64,000 bases of DNA, from NCBI GenBank assembly GCA_043228905.1, contig JBHGNT010000016.1, positions 7,750,001 through 7,814,000 on the forward strand. Direction: 5' to 3'. Shown piece by piece: positions 1-14,843 of the stretch (its first letter is position 1; each line of letters begins with the position of its first letter). The stretch comes from Azolla caroliniana (lineage: Eukaryota; Plantae; Polypodiophyta). The notes below the pieces were generated by a model that searched no databases, had not been told where the DNA came from, and saw only the letters and a list, made by a program, of their open reading frames with translations. Made by a program: the position numbers and the translations under genes.

Positions 1-2749
1 AGGAAGACTACAAGATTTTAAAACTGTGTAATAAGCAGCAAGTAGATGTATTGTAGTTATACCTAGGTTTCGTAAACTGAACTGCAATGGATTGTAAGGT
101 TATGTTTTAACTTTCAAATGTGGCTTTTGGGACTCATAATGAACTTGCAATATACAAAGAAGCATCATGCATCTACAAAGAGACAAGTGTTAAAAAAACT
201 CAACTTCACAAATTAACAAAACCCACCATGCATACCTAAGCTACAATAGTCTAAAGGAGGATATCAATTAGTAATAAGATAGATCTCAATAGCACTTATG
301 ACTAATTGGCGTTCCATTGTCCCTTAGCAACCAAGGAGCCTATGGTTGAGTAAACTATCTATGTGCATGGCAAGTGAGAATAAGAAGATTGTTAGCAATG
401 TAAGCAAAATCAAAATGTTGCACTAGTTGCTTGATCCTTAACCAAGAGCCTAAGGTTGCAAAGAACTAGGTTTAACAGTACAATTGCTTAAGTAATTTTA
501 ATAAGTAAGATGTTGAATAACCATGAATGTTTAAAGACTCTTATAAGATTTATCAAGGACATGTGTCCTCATTGTGCATTGCAAATGTTAAAATTCATGT
601 ATATGATTCTTTTGTTAAACTTCATGCTGATTAATAACGATACTTGAGGATAGGCATAACATATGTTAATAGGTTTAGATGAATGACGAGGATTTTATAT
701 GTCCGAGAAACAAGAATATTTCAATCACCTTTGTCTCCATTTAGGCAACACCAATGTCAAGGACACATAATGCACATGGACTCTAATTAATATTTAGAAA
801 GATGTTCGCGCACGTCTCATAGAAGGGAAGACTACATGAGCATCAAAAGTTAGGCAATTCTGCAGTCTAGATAAGATCGCCCAAAAACATTCATATGTAG
901 AGATTCAAGGTGACGAGTTATATTTAACCATGGTAGAGATCAAATGATTATGTCGTTTCTCTCTCTTACTATAAATGTGCCATTAGGGCAATAACTTATA
1001 TAGGCCATATAGTAGGTCACTATCCAGCCATTTAGTTTTAACTACTTATTCATTGGTTAATTGACCAATACTTGCTAGCAAAACTAGGGTCTTTTTGTTC
1101 AAGATCATGGGGATAAAAATGTCCTTGATTATTCTCTTCATTATCATTCTACAAAAAACACAAGGAGCAAAATTATCGATTTTGGATGGTGAAGGGAGAA
1201 TTCAAGAGCTTTCAAGGATTTATAAATGTGCACGCCCCCCACCTTCGATAAGGATGGGGGCAACGTATGATATTCACACCCTATGGGAACTAGATACGAC
1301 TTGTAATCAAGTCTCTTGAATATTTCTTGAGATATCTATTGTAAGAGAGGTTTGCAATCCCTCTTGTTCTAAAAATTTTACCTTGTTTTATGAATTCATG
1401 GGATAAAAAATCACAAGGCTTCATTAGAATTTCATTTATGGTTAATCATATGTGGTTAGATTTTAATCCTTGTTAATGACAAGTTCTATTTGCAAATTTA
1501 TTTGGATTTATGTTTGCTTATTAGCTTGTTATTAGAAAACCCTTAAAACACTTTTCAACAAAACCATGCTTAACGGTAGAAACTCTTAGGCACCAATACA
1601 ATCAATCTACATTACTATACCATTCACCTATCTATCATGGTTTAGAATGCTTATGGTTCCACCTCAACCTTAATGTATCCAAAAATAACCACAACAACTT
1701 TGGTGAACTCCACATAAAAGAGGTGGAAAGGAGAGGTTATAAATAATTCAGTAAACCAATGATTTCAGAAGAATGAAGATGATTATGGTGACAATGTAGC
1801 CAACCTAAAAAAAACATTAATAAAATTATAGCAGTCGTCGACCAATTAGATGGAAGAAATTTGGAGATGTTTTTCAAATTGTATATATGAGAAATGAATA
1901 AGAATGAAACCTAAAGACAAAGAGAGTATGTTTCTTTGATAATGTGCCAACAACAACTTTGCAAGCTTGTATTGGGAACCGCAAACCACACACCCTACTT
2001 GGGTGGTGTTTGAATGAGCCTTCTTGTACCATTTTCCCTCCACAAGGCAATGTGGATGTCATACATGCTTTTGTCAAATTGGGTGACCCAAAGAAAGAAA
2101 GATGAGTGCAAAAATGGTGCCTCGTGAGTTAGAGAAATGATTTGCTCAATTGGTAATGCTTGGCTAGGGGTTGCTTGTGTTGCACAAGGTTCTACTTTCT
2201 TAAAGATGATGAACTGTAAGGGTGGAAAACACCTAGAAATTCCATGAGAGAATAAGACATTAATAGCCTGATTGAGAATTGGAATGAGGTGAAGTGAAGA
2301 TGCCACCACCACGAGAAGAGAAGGATTTGGGTTCATAATTTATAAGTGCGATGAGTTCAATTCCTGTTGGGGCCCAAGTTGGGGAAATTATGAGCCATAA
2401 TGATTTGGGGACATAAGTGCCATGGGTTAAATTCCTATTGGTGCAATAGAACCAATAGTCTTTCAAGTAGACGAGAGAAAGTTTTGAGTTGAAAATGCAA
2501 TATTTGCTCAAGAGAAAAGTCATACTCCAAAAAGTTGGAATGATGGTTAACTAGAGAAGCATATTGCCAATGCTATATATATTTCTTGAGAAAGAAAAGA
2601 ACAAATCTTTGAACTTGTTGATCTAGGTAAGTACATGTAACGTTATAATAAACATTATGAAATTTTTGCGTTGAAGTGTCTGGTCACTTTAACAATTTTT
2701 ATTATGTGTGTAGTAGATGCCCATTCAATAAAAATTTTAAAGGGTCTAT

Positions 2750-4891
2750 GTAGAAGTGGTTTTTTGTGTGTGAAAAAGGAAGGAAAAAAAACAAACGACA
2801 ATTCTATTTTAGAAGAAGTAGAAAAATAGGAAGAAGAGAGGGGTAGTTGTAGATCTGATAACGCCAGACAACAAGCTCGGATCAATTCCTCAATCTTCCC
2901 ATTCCATTACTCAACATGTGATTAACGTGCCTTCTACTCTGACCTGTGGGCTTCTTCATCATGGTTTCTTCTCTCTCTCTCTCTCTCTCATGTGTTTGTG
3001 AGTATATTTATTATTCCCTTTGGTGTGTAGTGCCCACTTTGTCGGTAGTGTTGCTTCCTACATAGCTCCACTTCACTCTAGTGTAATAGAGGTAGAGCTT
3101 GTATTTCAATTGTATTCTCTTTGTTGATAGTGGATTGTTTGGACTTTGTCCTGTGGTTGTTTCTCTCATAGAGGGTTTTTCCATGTTAAATAATGTGTCA
3201 TCTACCTTGCATTATTTGTGCATTTTGTGCATTTCCATGCCATTGCTCCTTAACATTCGAGCGTTAAATATGACCCTTGATACACTCTCCAACTTCCAAA
3301 CCTATGAAGCCTATCAGAGTCAAGGTTGCGTTCCTTGCTTGATTTATAAATGGAGGCAAACACATCAACAATGGCCATTTTAAATGCCAAAAACTATAAA
3401 AAATGGAAATGTAAAATAAGGGATTTACTTTTTGTAAAAAATCTGCATTTACTTGTGTTTGCAGCAAATAAACTTGAAAGAAAAGTAATGAGTGGTCTTT
3501 TAAAAACTAACAAGTATGTCGTTTTATTCGTCAACGGGTAGGAGATAATGTCTTCAATGATATTGTGCATGAAACAAATGCAAAGACATTATAGAACAAA
3601 TTGGAAACCTTGTATGCTTCTAGAATCGGTAACAAGAAGTCATTTTTGCTTAAACAAGTGATGCATTTGACCTTTAAAGACAATAACTCCATTATTTATC
3701 ATTTGAATGAATTTCAAGGTTGTTTTGATTAGTTGTTTGGCATGGGTACGAAATTTGAAGAAGAAGTTCTTGCTTTGTGGTTGCTAAACAATCTTTCTAA
3801 TTCATGGGAAATTTTTAGGGTTTCTCTAAATAATGTAGCTCCAGAAGGAGATGTAACAATGGAATATGTGAAGAATGGAATTCTAAAGGAAGAAATGTGA
3901 CAGAGGACGCAAGGAACAACAACAATACTCAAAAGCTTTGGTTGCTCAAAATAGAGGAAAGAGTAAAAATAGAAATGATGATCAAAACAACAAAGATAGA
4001 AGCAAGACTAACTCAAGGTCTAAATATAAAGACTTAGAATGTCATTTTTGTGTTAAAACAAGACACATAAAGAAATATTACTTCAAGTGGAAGAGGAGAA
4101 CAAGGTCTAAATATAAATATTTAGAATGTCATTTTTGTGGTAAAACAGGACACAAAGAAATATTGCTTCGAGTGGAAGACGGAGAACAAGGTGTTGTGTA
4201 ATAAGATAGAGAAAAAGAATGGAAATGACAAAACTGATTATGTTAATGTCACTTTCTCTGATGACTTGCTTATTGTGTGTAATAACAATGAAATTAATTT
4301 AACAAGCCATGAAATCACTTGGGTTCTTGAAAGTAGTGTCTCCCACCTTGTTACGTCTGGAAGGGATTTTTACTTATCTTACACTCAATGTGGCTTTGGT
4401 GTTGTGACGATGGGAAACGATGGATTCACAAAGGTAGTTGGCACAAGAACTATTTGCTTGCAAACCGACACATGAATTAAATTGATTCTACATTAGGTAT
4501 GACATGTGCTCGATATTAGATTGGATCTAATCTCTACAAGTACATTAGGTGATGAGGGCTATAGCCATGCATCTGAAAATGGTAAATGGAAAATCGGTAA
4601 GGGTTTTTTTATTGTGGCTAAGGCTAATAAGTGTTGTCACAATGGTTTATATATTTTACAAGCTTCTATCTCTACTACCTTTGTGAATGCAATTGAGAAT
4701 TCAGATATTTCAAATTTGTGGCATAAAAGATTGTTCCCTATTAGTGAAAGGGTACTTAACTTTCTAGCTAAGAAGAACTTACTACCGAGTGTAAAAGATG
4801 TAAAACTAGATACACGTGTTCATTGTTTGGTAAGGTTTGCTAAACGGGTTTCCTTTCAACATCATTCTTCTCTTCGACAAGAAAGTGTACA
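2750..4891 (+). mobile_element. Ty1/copia element 1 (Tork/Tnt1-like), degenerate 5' half: LTR remnant, PBS, gag, protease, GAG-pre-integrase
   Basis: Broken ORFs 3350-4901: MEANTSTMAILNAKNY..WKCKIRDLLFVK (Tork-type gag start), zinc knuckle ECHFCGKTGH, protease-like WVLESSVSHLVT, LWHKRL..ISE. A degenerate PBS (ctatcagagtc) lies at ~3311. The left boundary is approximate. Interrupted at 4892 by another LTR. Confidence 0.8.
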
Positions 4892-7800
4892 TGTTGACTG
4901 AGCAAGCTCAACCGGATCCAGATTGGCTAAATAAGCCAACGCTGGATCGGTATCCGGAACGGAGAACCAGATCGGAGTCTGGATGATATCCGGAACCAGG
5001 AGCTGGATCAGAGAGTCAGATCGGATTGAAACCGGTAGGCTGCTAGAGGCCTAAGACGGATCCAACCTAGTACGTAGGCATATTTTTGGGACTCAGTGAC
5101 AATCGCTCGTATGAGCATTGAAGTACCTGTCAGTCCTTTATGGACTTGTATAAAAGTACTCTCTGAGCACATTCTATGTATAGAGTTACAAAGTGTTACT
5201 TTTTCAATAGAGTTTACGTTCTGCTCTCTCTTTGTCTCTCCCGCGCATATTCTCTGTGTTAAGCTTCCATTGAACCTTTCTCTCTACTGTTGCTATCCGG
5301 TAGAGCCGGTCTGGCATACACTTCCGCACGCTAACTTTAACATGGTCTGAGAGCGTGAGGGTTGAGAACCTCTGCAGCCGATGAGCGACTAGTGAAGACA
5401 AACCCTAACACCTGGTGAAGAACAAAAGAGAACCTAAGATGGACAGAGAAATGACAAGTTCACTTCTGACAGAAAAGATCGACCAGGGCAACTATGCATC
5501 CTGGTCATATAAAATGCACCAGTACCTGTTAGGACATGGATATTGGAGCTATGTGGAAGGAACCGATGAGGTAGCACCGGACTCGGCACACAAAGACTTC
5601 CTGACATGGGAGCAAGGTGCGAGCCGAGTATTGTATTGCCTCGTGTCCGGTGTGCACGATTAGATGCTCGACTACATCAAGGATGTAAAAATGTCAAAGG
5701 AGGCCACCGCGAGTACCACAACCCGTAAGTTGCAGCTCCAACAGGAGCTGAACAACATCTGACAAAGAGATATGTTGGTTACGGACTACACTAAGATAAA
5801 GGAGATTTGTGACGTGCTCGGGTCCATCAATGTGACGGTGGACGAAGACGAGAGGGTCCAGATCTGTCTCGGTGGTCTAGCACAACAGTAGGGGCCAATT
5901 CAGACGACAATTTGCACTTGGGAGAAACCACCATCCTTCTTCACTTACAATCAATGTTGATGGTCGAAGAAAACCATGTGAGTGGGTCAAGGACCACTCA
6001 ATCGGACAACCAGATGCTGTACACAGAGGCGGATCGACCCCGTGGACATGGAGGGCGAGGTGGGTTGGCATGCAATGGAGGCGGCCGGCAAGAGCAGAAC
6101 CAAAGTCACAAAGACAGTGCCGATATCAGTTCCGGATCCTCCACAAGTAGGGGGAGTCAAGTCGGAGCCGGAAACCGGTAGTTGAAAACCGACACGGAAT
6201 GCTGGTATTGTGGCAAAAAAGGCCACAAAGAGAGCGAGTGCTAGAAGAAGCGTGCCAATTCGGATAAATCCAGATCTGGCAAGGCCGAACAAGGGGACTG
6301 GGAAAGTTGGCACTACACTGAAGGATCAGAAGGATCCAGAACCGGGAAAACCGGAAAGGGGCCAGCCTTTGTGATGAAGCACAAGGCTAACTTGATGAAG
6401 AAGACTACTTCCAGACTGGAGGAAGTGTGGTACGTTGATTTCGGAGCATCTAACCATATGACAAGCCGTGAAGAGTGGTTCTCATTTTTAGAGAAACCGG
6501 AACAACCAGGTATTGTCGAAACCGGAGACGACACCCCTCACCCAATTGTGAATGTTAGAGAAGTCCCTTTAAGCCATGTAGGACAAAAGGGAAAGTTGAT
6601 GAACGTACTACACGTTCTGACAATCACAAAGAACCTGGTGTCGGTCGGACAAATCGTTGACTAGGGAATGCAGGTGTGGTTTACGCACCTCGGGTGCTTC
6701 ATCGAGGAAGGAGGCTGGATAATCACGCAAGGGCGCATAGAAGGGAAGATGTTCATCCTCAACACAAATGATGTCGGCACCACGCTGTTTGCCAAAGGAG
6801 AGAAGAGTGAATCGGACATCGATCTCTGGCATAAGCGGATTGGTCACGTCAATTACCAGAGGCTTCAAGATCTGCAATCGAAACAAGCTGTGTTCGGATT
6901 GCCGAAGTTTAGTGGCTGGAAGGCCCAAATATGTGAAGCCTGCCAACTCGGGAAGCAACACCAACTTCCATTCCCCACCGAACGAAACCGGAGTTGTAAC
7001 AAGCTCGATTTAATCCATTCAGATGTATGGGGACCGGTACAGAATGTTATTCTTGGCGGGAGTCGGTATTTCGTCTCCTTCATCGACGACTACAGCCGAC
7101 ACACCTGGATCTACCTCATTGAGAAGAAAAGCGAAGTCTTTGATTGTTTCCGGAACCTTCAAAGCTTAGTTGAATGGGAAACGGAGAGGAAGATAAAGTG
7201 CTTGCGGTTGGAGGGCGGAAAAGAATACTTTTCCGGCCAATTCTATAGTTATTTGCAGCAAAATGGATTTCGGAGAGAATTCAGCTATCGATATACACCG
7301 GAACAAAACGGTGTGGCCGAAAGAAAGAACCGGTCGATTGTCGATGCAATAAGGGCAATGCTAGAGGAGAAGAGCATGCCCAACTTCTACTGGGTTGAGG
7401 TGGTCTCGACAGCCGTCTACATCCAAAACAGGATCGGGGACGAGGTGTCAGCACATGCGCTGTATTTTAGGCGGAAGCCGAATTTGAGACACATTCGGAT
7501 ATTCAGTAACATAGCATATGTGCATGTACCAGATGAGAAGTGGAGGAAGCTGGATCCGAAATCGGAGAAGTGCATATTCGTTGGTTACTCGCATGAACAA
7601 AAGGGGTATAAGTGTTATAACCCCCGGACTAAACAGGTACGAGTAAGTCGAGATGTGGAGTTTGATGAGTTGGCATCATAACACTCCCTACCGACTCTAA
7701 CTCCCGACGAAGACCCGATTCCGGAGGCTGAGGCTAGTGAACCCGGAGAGGTTCAAGAAGAAGATGAAGAATTCGGTACTCTAGATGAGAGTCCGATCTC

Positions 7801-8387
7801 ATTCCGACTAAGCGGGCCGAATGAGCGGCTGAGTCGGGGTGACCAATCGGATGAAGAACCGGCGAGTAGTGGAGGCTCTACCGTGCTCTCCCGCCGCAAG
7901 GAACTAAGGAGATGGTTCAAGCGCAAAGAGAAGGGGAAGAAGAAGATGCCAGAATACGATACCGATAGTGAAGGGTCGGATCGGAGCGAATCTAACCCCG
8001 GAAAGGGAGAAGGCGGATCTTTCGAAATGAAGCCTGAATTGGCCAAGAAGGGCCTCAAACCGGGTAATGTCAAGTTACATTGGTCGACCCGCCAGGAGAA
8101 CCCTGTCAAGAGGTACGGGTATAATGAGTACATGGCACATCACTATGCGTACATGACTAAGGTGGTGGAAGTGCATGAGCCAGAGAGCTGTGCAAAAGCA
8201 GCAAAAGACGCAAATTGGCGTGCTGCTATGGAGGAAGAAATGCGGGCACTTGATGCCAACGACACATGGGACTTGGTTGACCCTCCCCGACAGTGTAAAC
8301 TGATAAGATGTAAGTGGGTATATAAGGTGAAGTACAATGACGACGGTTCGGTCAACTGTTACAAGGCCTGGTTAGTGGCAAAGGGAT
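4892..8387 (+). mobile_element. Ty1/copia element 2, 5' half: 5' LTR 4892-5342, PBS, gag, protease, integrase, start of RT
   Basis: LTR runs TGTTGAC...TTTAACA, followed by tggtctgagagc (degenerate tRNA-Met PBS). gag EKIDQGNYASWSYKMHQYL; WYVDFGASNHMT; 337-aa integrase ORF 6668-7681 (HSDVWGP, TPEQNGVAERKNR); RT start CKWVYKVK...LVAKG, cut at 8387. Confidence 0.92.
6668..7681 (+). pseudogene. Copia GAG-pre-integrase/integrase ORF fragment of element 2
   Basis: LWHKRIGH, CEAC, DLIHSDVWGP, FIDDYSR and QNGVAERKNR motifs, flanked by in-frame stops. Confidence 0.9.
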
Positions 8388-9148
8388 TGTTGAGAATGCA
8401 GCGCAACATAGCACAACGTGTGAACACACCTTTTGAGAATCTATGATTACTCAAAGGTCAAGAGTCACACCACTACTCTCTACATAACTAATGAGTTACA
8501 TATTCCCCATGACTATGAGTCTTTACATTCCCCAAGAGATAGAGTGGTTGTTGTAAGTTAATGAAGAGAGAGGGTGACTCTATATAAAGCACCCTCCTCA
8601 TACTTCATACTAAGTCGGTTGTGACTCCTTATTATGCCACATTTTGTAATTCTTATTCTACTTGTGAAATATACACCTTCTTCTTGAGTATTCCTTTTTC
8701 TACCTATCTTGTGTTCTCTCATCTCTCCTTTAATTCCTCTCACACATACACATAACACACATCTCTTCCGCTACACAAGAATCATACCCGATTCTTTACA
8801 TGGTATCAAAGCGATTTGGTAGCTTGATCTAGCCCATTCGCCTCATCGTGATCATGTGTTGTGCTCTACGCTGACGTTCAAGAAGAATCGGCTCATCGCT
8901 ATAGTAGTACCACTACATAACTCGTGTTTGTGAGAGAAGGAAAAGAAGAAAGGAAGCTTAATCGACAATGAATACTCAAATGGGGAGCGCTCTCCCTAGC
9001 GAGAAGTTGGATCGCAACAACTTTACATCTTGGGAGTACAAGATGCATCAATACCTTGTCGGCCAAGGCTATTGGAGTTACATCAAGGGAGCACAAGAAA
9101 ACCGACTCGACCCGAAAGACGTTGACTATGCAACTTGGGAGCAAGCGG
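8388..9148 (+). mobile_element. Ty1/copia element 3, 5' end: LTR 8388-8800, PBS 8801-8812, gag start
   Basis: TGTTGAGAAT...CTTTACA then tggtatcaaagc. gag MNTQMGSALPSEKLDRNNFTSWEYKMHQYL starts at 8968. Left flank GGGAT (8383-8387) recurs as the target duplication on the minus strand at 20681-20685. Confidence 0.9.
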
Positions 9149-9941
9149 TGTCGTGAAGATCCGTCACTAAGTGCGCATCGTGAGGCGGAACCGCTGGGGT
9201 TCTAGACCGAAAGGACTCGAAGTTTGCACTAGCTTTAGCAAGAAAGGATTTAAGATAGATTGAAAGAGAGAGATTGAGATAAGATAAAACACTTGACTTT
9301 AGATTGAGAGAGAGATTAAGATTGAACTCTTGACTTTAGATTTGAAGAACAAGTTTAATACATCAATTGGATAACGATTTTTCTTCTTAATATTAATTTT
9401 GATATATAAAGTACAAAGCCCCCTTCCATACATCACTCTTACCATCTATCTCTTGGGTCCCACGTTAGTTCTCAACGCAACTACCACGGTCTCTAGATGG
9501 AGTGTCCTACATGGGTATCACCACCATCCATCTCTTGGGTCTCACGTTGGCTTTCTGCAACTGCCCAAGTCTCCGAAACATGTGTGCTCCTCACATAGAC
9601 ACAAAGATAATAGCTTTTTCTCTGCCTTATATATGGTGAGATCCTTATTTGTCCTGTCTATGTGGGATATCTCACAGTTTTATCTTTATCTTTTCCTTTG
9701 CAAACGTAAGACCCACATAACTTGAGACTTAGATGTCCGTTTCTTATGTAGTAAAGTGCATTCGAATTATTTAAAGTAGTATTTTCACTATTATTATTTT
9801 ATATGATTCATAATCGATTTTTGTATATTCCTCACAAGTTCCACACTATTGCCGAAAATCTTCACGACATCCACCTCCACCAAACCGCACGTCCTCCGGT
9901 ACGTGCCAAGAAGAGAGCGTGTGAGATTTTGGCTATGGTGA

Positions 9942-12900
9942 TCAATCAAATTCCTCCACGTCTTCATTCACATCCGCCCTATTATCTTCATCGTCAAGGT
10001 GATCGAGGTCAGTATCCTCGACTTGTCTTTTCTTGAAAATCTTTACTCTTTTTCCCGCAATGGGTACGACCAACTTTGATCCTTCTAGCTCTGTAAGGTG
10101 GTATGCGGCATTATCATTGGCACTTGTCACCACATACGGTCTAAACAATCTTCTTGCGAACTTTCTTGTTGTACTATGTTGATTGTCAAGGCTGCTGTCG
10201 TAGACCAATACCCAATCTCCTTCTTCGATCTTCTTGGGACGCATTCGATGCGTCTTGTCGAACCGAATTTTGTTCTTCACTCGGGCTGCCTCCATCATCT
10301 TTTGCACTTTTTCTAGATGTTTGGGTCTTCTTTCAAGTTTCCTTATCCGTGCTGCTAATAACTCTTCTCGGCTCATCTTGTTCTCCCATGGTATCGCTAC
10401 CCATGAGGTGATCGTCTTTTCGAGCGGCATTATTGGCTTTTGTCCATACATAAGCTCCGTTGGCATATACCCTGTCACCGAGCTGTGTGTCGTTCTGTCA
10501 GCCCACAAGGCATAGGGCAATAGTCATGGCCAATTCTTGACTCGATTGTTGCATGCTCGTACGATGGCTTTGACGATAGGTCCATGCCCTCGCTCGATCT
10601 TCCCATTCGCTTCTGGATTGTAGGCAGTCGTGAGGGAGAGCTTCACGCCTAGTCGTTCGAAAAGCTCCATTGCTTCGTGTGCATCCAAATCCCCTCGGTC
10701 GGCGACTATCTTTCCCACACATCCGTATCGGTAGACAACCTCTTCGAGTAGAAATTTGCAAATAGCCGATGTCGTCTTATTTGTCAAGGCCCGTCCTTCC
10801 ACTCTATTTGTCAAGTCTTCTCTTGCCAGAGCTAAGTACTTCATTTGTCCCACTCCCATTGGCATTGAGACCAGATCCACCATCCATTTGAAGCGTATGG
10901 TGAGGGGGTATGTCGGTCGTAGCTCATCACGATGACATATATTCGAATGTACTTGGTATGTTTCGCATGTGGACACGAAATGGAGTACATCTTTGTATAT
11001 GCTTGGCCACCAATACTTCTCCTTCAACTTCTCGAACGTCGCCCATGTTCCTCTATGACCTGCCCAGGCACTCTCGTGGAATTCGGTCATTAGCGTCACT
11101 TGCTCTTCTTTCTTCACCACCACTCGATGTGGTATTCCTGTCCTTCTTTTTGGGTGTCGCCAAAGGAAGCCTCCCTTCAAGAAGTATTGGTAAGCTTTCT
11201 TCCGGATTCGTAGGGCCTCTTCCTTTGTCAACGAAGCATCTGCCGTCATTGTTTTTAGGAATCGACCGATCAGTAACCACTCTCCTTCGTACTCATCCTT
11301 GTTGAAGGCGTGGAGGGTTAGCTTGTTCCACCGATAGTCGAGCCATCTTGAAGAAGTCGAGGGTGATGTGTTCATCTTCCGAAACCATGTCACTTTCATT
11401 CTCAAATCTTGCCCTCGACAACATGTCAGCCATGGCATTCTTCTTCCTTGCAATATGGCGGATATCTGGGTTTAAAGACTTGATATAGGCGATCCACCTT
11501 AGCATAGCTAGATTTGGTGTCGCACATCTTGAGATCATCCCGAGGATTGGGAGACAATCTGTCTCAATTATTACTTTTGACCCGATCAGGTAGTGTTTGT
11601 CTGTCTTCGCTGCCGACACAATACCCCAAAGTTCCCGCTTGACTTGGGCGTATCTTTGTTGTCGTTCGCTGAGAACCTTTGCTCTGAACTGGATGGCATA
11701 TCGCGCATTATCTTCTCCTTCTTGGTTGATAACCCACCCGATTCCGGTTGGGCTTGTATCTACAGTCACATAAATCGGCTTCCCTTCGGTATAGTCGGCC
11801 TTTCTTAGTGCTAGAGCTTCAAGAAGTAGTTTCTTCAATCTTCGCATTGCGTTTGTGTGATCGTCTTGCCATTTGAACTTCATTCTTTTCTTTAGCAATC
11901 CATATAAAGGCTTGGCGACATGGGCGTAGTGCGGAATCCAGATATGATAAAACGCGCATGTTCCAAGGAACCTTCGAACCTCCGTTTGGTTTATGCATTC
12001 TTCTTTCATATCCTGGATCGCGTTCATCTTGGATGGCGAAGGCTTCTGGCCGTATGCTCCGCACAAGTGACTTACCACCAAGATCTTTGGTTGCTTGAAT
12101 GCGGATTTTTCTCCCGAAAATGTCAAATTCCCATCTTCGAGCCTTTGGAGCACCTTCTCACAATCTTTCATATGATCCGCGATGAACTTTCTACACCCTT
12201 CCTTATCTTTCGATTCATCTTTCTCCTCATCTGAACATCCTTTTATCGGAATATCATCCAAGAACGACATCGTGATGTCCTGGATGCAATCCTTCAAGAC
12301 CTTGTTCCTGGCATTCACCATATGAGCCACCGAGTTCGTTACACCTTGAGGTAAAGTACACATCCGCACGAGCCCAATCGGAGTCCTCATGGTTGTAATG
12401 TTACGACTGTCGATCGCCAATTGGAATTGGTCGTATCCAGAGTAGAGATCACCAATGGAGTAGATGAACCGCCCCGCAAACGCTTCGGCAAATTTGTCCA
12501 TGCTTAGACCGATTCTAGCATTCCGAATTGTCATCTTGTTGACGGGTTGAAGATCTTGGATGAATTGCAATGATCCATTCTTCTTCGGCACAGTGAACCA
12601 CCTATTAGAATAAGGAGCATTTGATGGTTCTAGAATTCCCATATTCACCTTCTCCTTTAAGAGCTCAATCAGCTTTAGTAGGTGTGCTCTCGGAATCAAT
12701 ATCGGTTTCAAATTCCAAGGTACGTGCGGCACCGTGAAGATCACCATCGGCTCTATCATCCTTGGATCAACACATCTGATTTCTTGTGGGAAAAATGCAA
12801 AAACCTTCTCATGTCTCTCAAGCATGTAGCGAAACCTTGGCTCTTCTTCAGGGAGGAGGAAATCTTCCCTTCCAACTCATAGCTTTCCCTTTGTCTCTTC

Positions 12901-13870
12901 GGTGAAGACATGACCTATCCTCTTCGGATCTCTTAAGCTTGGATCGTTAGCGACTTCCTTCATCTTTTGCCAGCTATCTTCCGGTAGCGGAACTGCAACG
13001 GGCTTGATCTTCTTATCCACCGTTTTATATTTTGTGTTGACTTTAGCTTCCTCCATCAAGGTACCACGATGGTATTCATCGATGATAACATACATGTTGA
13101 TGGAGCTAACCGAAATTATGCGATGATCGTGTTGATAGCTCAAGTCCACAACTTCCTCGATTTCGCCGATGGTGTTGTTAAATGAGGCTTCTTCCATAAT
13201 ATGAGTCATGATGTCTTCTTCTTCTATTATGTTTTCTTCTTTCAACATCTTCTCGAAGTCTTGTATCCGACGCTTGTCCTTCTTGTCTGGTAGTACTAGT
13301 TTACATGCGCCGCTAGGTGTGACGCATGTTACTTCTCCTCGCAATCCACACACTCTACTTTCTTGTGGGGACTTGTGATTGCTCGGACTATTTGTGCCCC
13401 ATGCTTCAATAGTCCGCTCTAAAAATCCGAGGAGTCGCCTCCAAGACTATCTTGATTTCTTTCATGATTAGCTCGCACCGTTAGGAATTGAACAGATCTT
13501 TGATTGTCAAGACTCTTAATTCACGCGAAGGCTGCTCCATTATCGAACACCTTGGTCTCCATCCGGGATGATGTGATATACGGTTGTCCTAGGATGACAG
13601 GATGTGACGCCGATTCTTGCACGAAGAAGTGTTGATCCATCTCCACATCCCCAATTGTGACTTTAACATTGGGACAAGCTCCGTACAAGTCCTCCGTAGA
13701 CTTTGTTGCCGCTCAAATCTTCCATCTGTGGTTTGTATTGATTGGCCATCTTCCTTTTTTGTAGAACTCGGTTGACATGAGGTTGATCTCCGAGCCATTG
13801 TCGATCAAGGCTACCACGGTCTCTTTCTTCTCCCTGATCTTCACCAGCGTCTTCGTTGTCGCCCATGCCC
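9942..13870 (-). pseudogene. Ty3/gypsy pol (protease, RT, RNase H, integrase) with stops and frameshifts
   Basis: ORFs 11293-12825 (RT/RH, 510 aa), 10524-11453 and 9942-10520 (integrase), 12877-13353, plus the protease motif near 13800. Confidence 0.9.
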
Positions 13871-14843
13871 AATGAGGTCGAGTATAGTGGCTGTCCACCA
13901 TATCTTCATCGACTTCGTCTCTTGCCATCGTTATGGCATTTGTTTTTGCTCTTTGTGGCTTCTCTTCTTCCTCGTCGGATTGTTGCCTCTTTCTTTTTAC
14001 AAGGTCCACGATCATGTCATGGAATTCCTTCTTCGTAATGCCGAGTAGTTCCCTCAAGGACAAAGTCACATGGCTATCAAGAACGCGTTCCTCGAGAATC
14101 TTCTTCAGGTTTGTCGTCTGCTCTATGTTTGACCTTAGCTTATAGGTAGGCATAGTCCTTGTCTTTCGAGTAGGATGTTCGACACCAATCTTCACGGGCC
14201 GAACCGTTTCTTTGACTCGTTTGCTTGACTCTGCTTTTTAGCTAGCGTCTCCTTCCTCCATTTGTAAAGATCGACTCATTTCTGCATCTTCTTTCTTTTT
14301 CGCGTTCCTTGTTTCATGTCTTTTTTATAGGCCTTGCTCTTCCATTCTTTTTCTCTTTTCTTCGACGAACACCTCGTGGTTGTCGCACATCACTTTCGCG
14401 AGTATGGTGTTGTCATCCACAGTATCCGACCACCCGGTTATGCTTTGCATGCTTAGGTCTGCAAGCTCTAGCTCGTTTGATGTGACCTTCCTAGTCTTCT
14501 CATACTCGAGAATGGAAGACCAAAACTTTGCTCCCACTTTCGTAGCTTCATTTTTGTCTTTCCCGACTCTTATTCCAACCGTTGCAGCATAGTGCATTGC
14601 ATCCACATGAGTCGACTTAGCATCTTCCATAGATTTCTTCATCCCCCCTCTTCCGAAAATCTCCCGCAGGGGTCTTCGAGTTTTAGTCGAGTACATCATG
14701 TTGTCATCCATGTATAGGATATTTTGTCGGATCACCTCTCGAAGGCTAGCACAATCGCTTCTCATGTGGTCCATGCTATGGCACCACACGCATCTAAAGG
14801 GTTCTTTTCATTTGGGGCCCCAACGATTCATGTTGGCTAGCAT

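Noticed and set aside
1-2700. Possible old gypsy LTR or degraded TE
   Set aside because: The composition and a TATA-like site (ctataaat, ~969) are suggestive, but I could not identify termini, a PBS or a protein motif.
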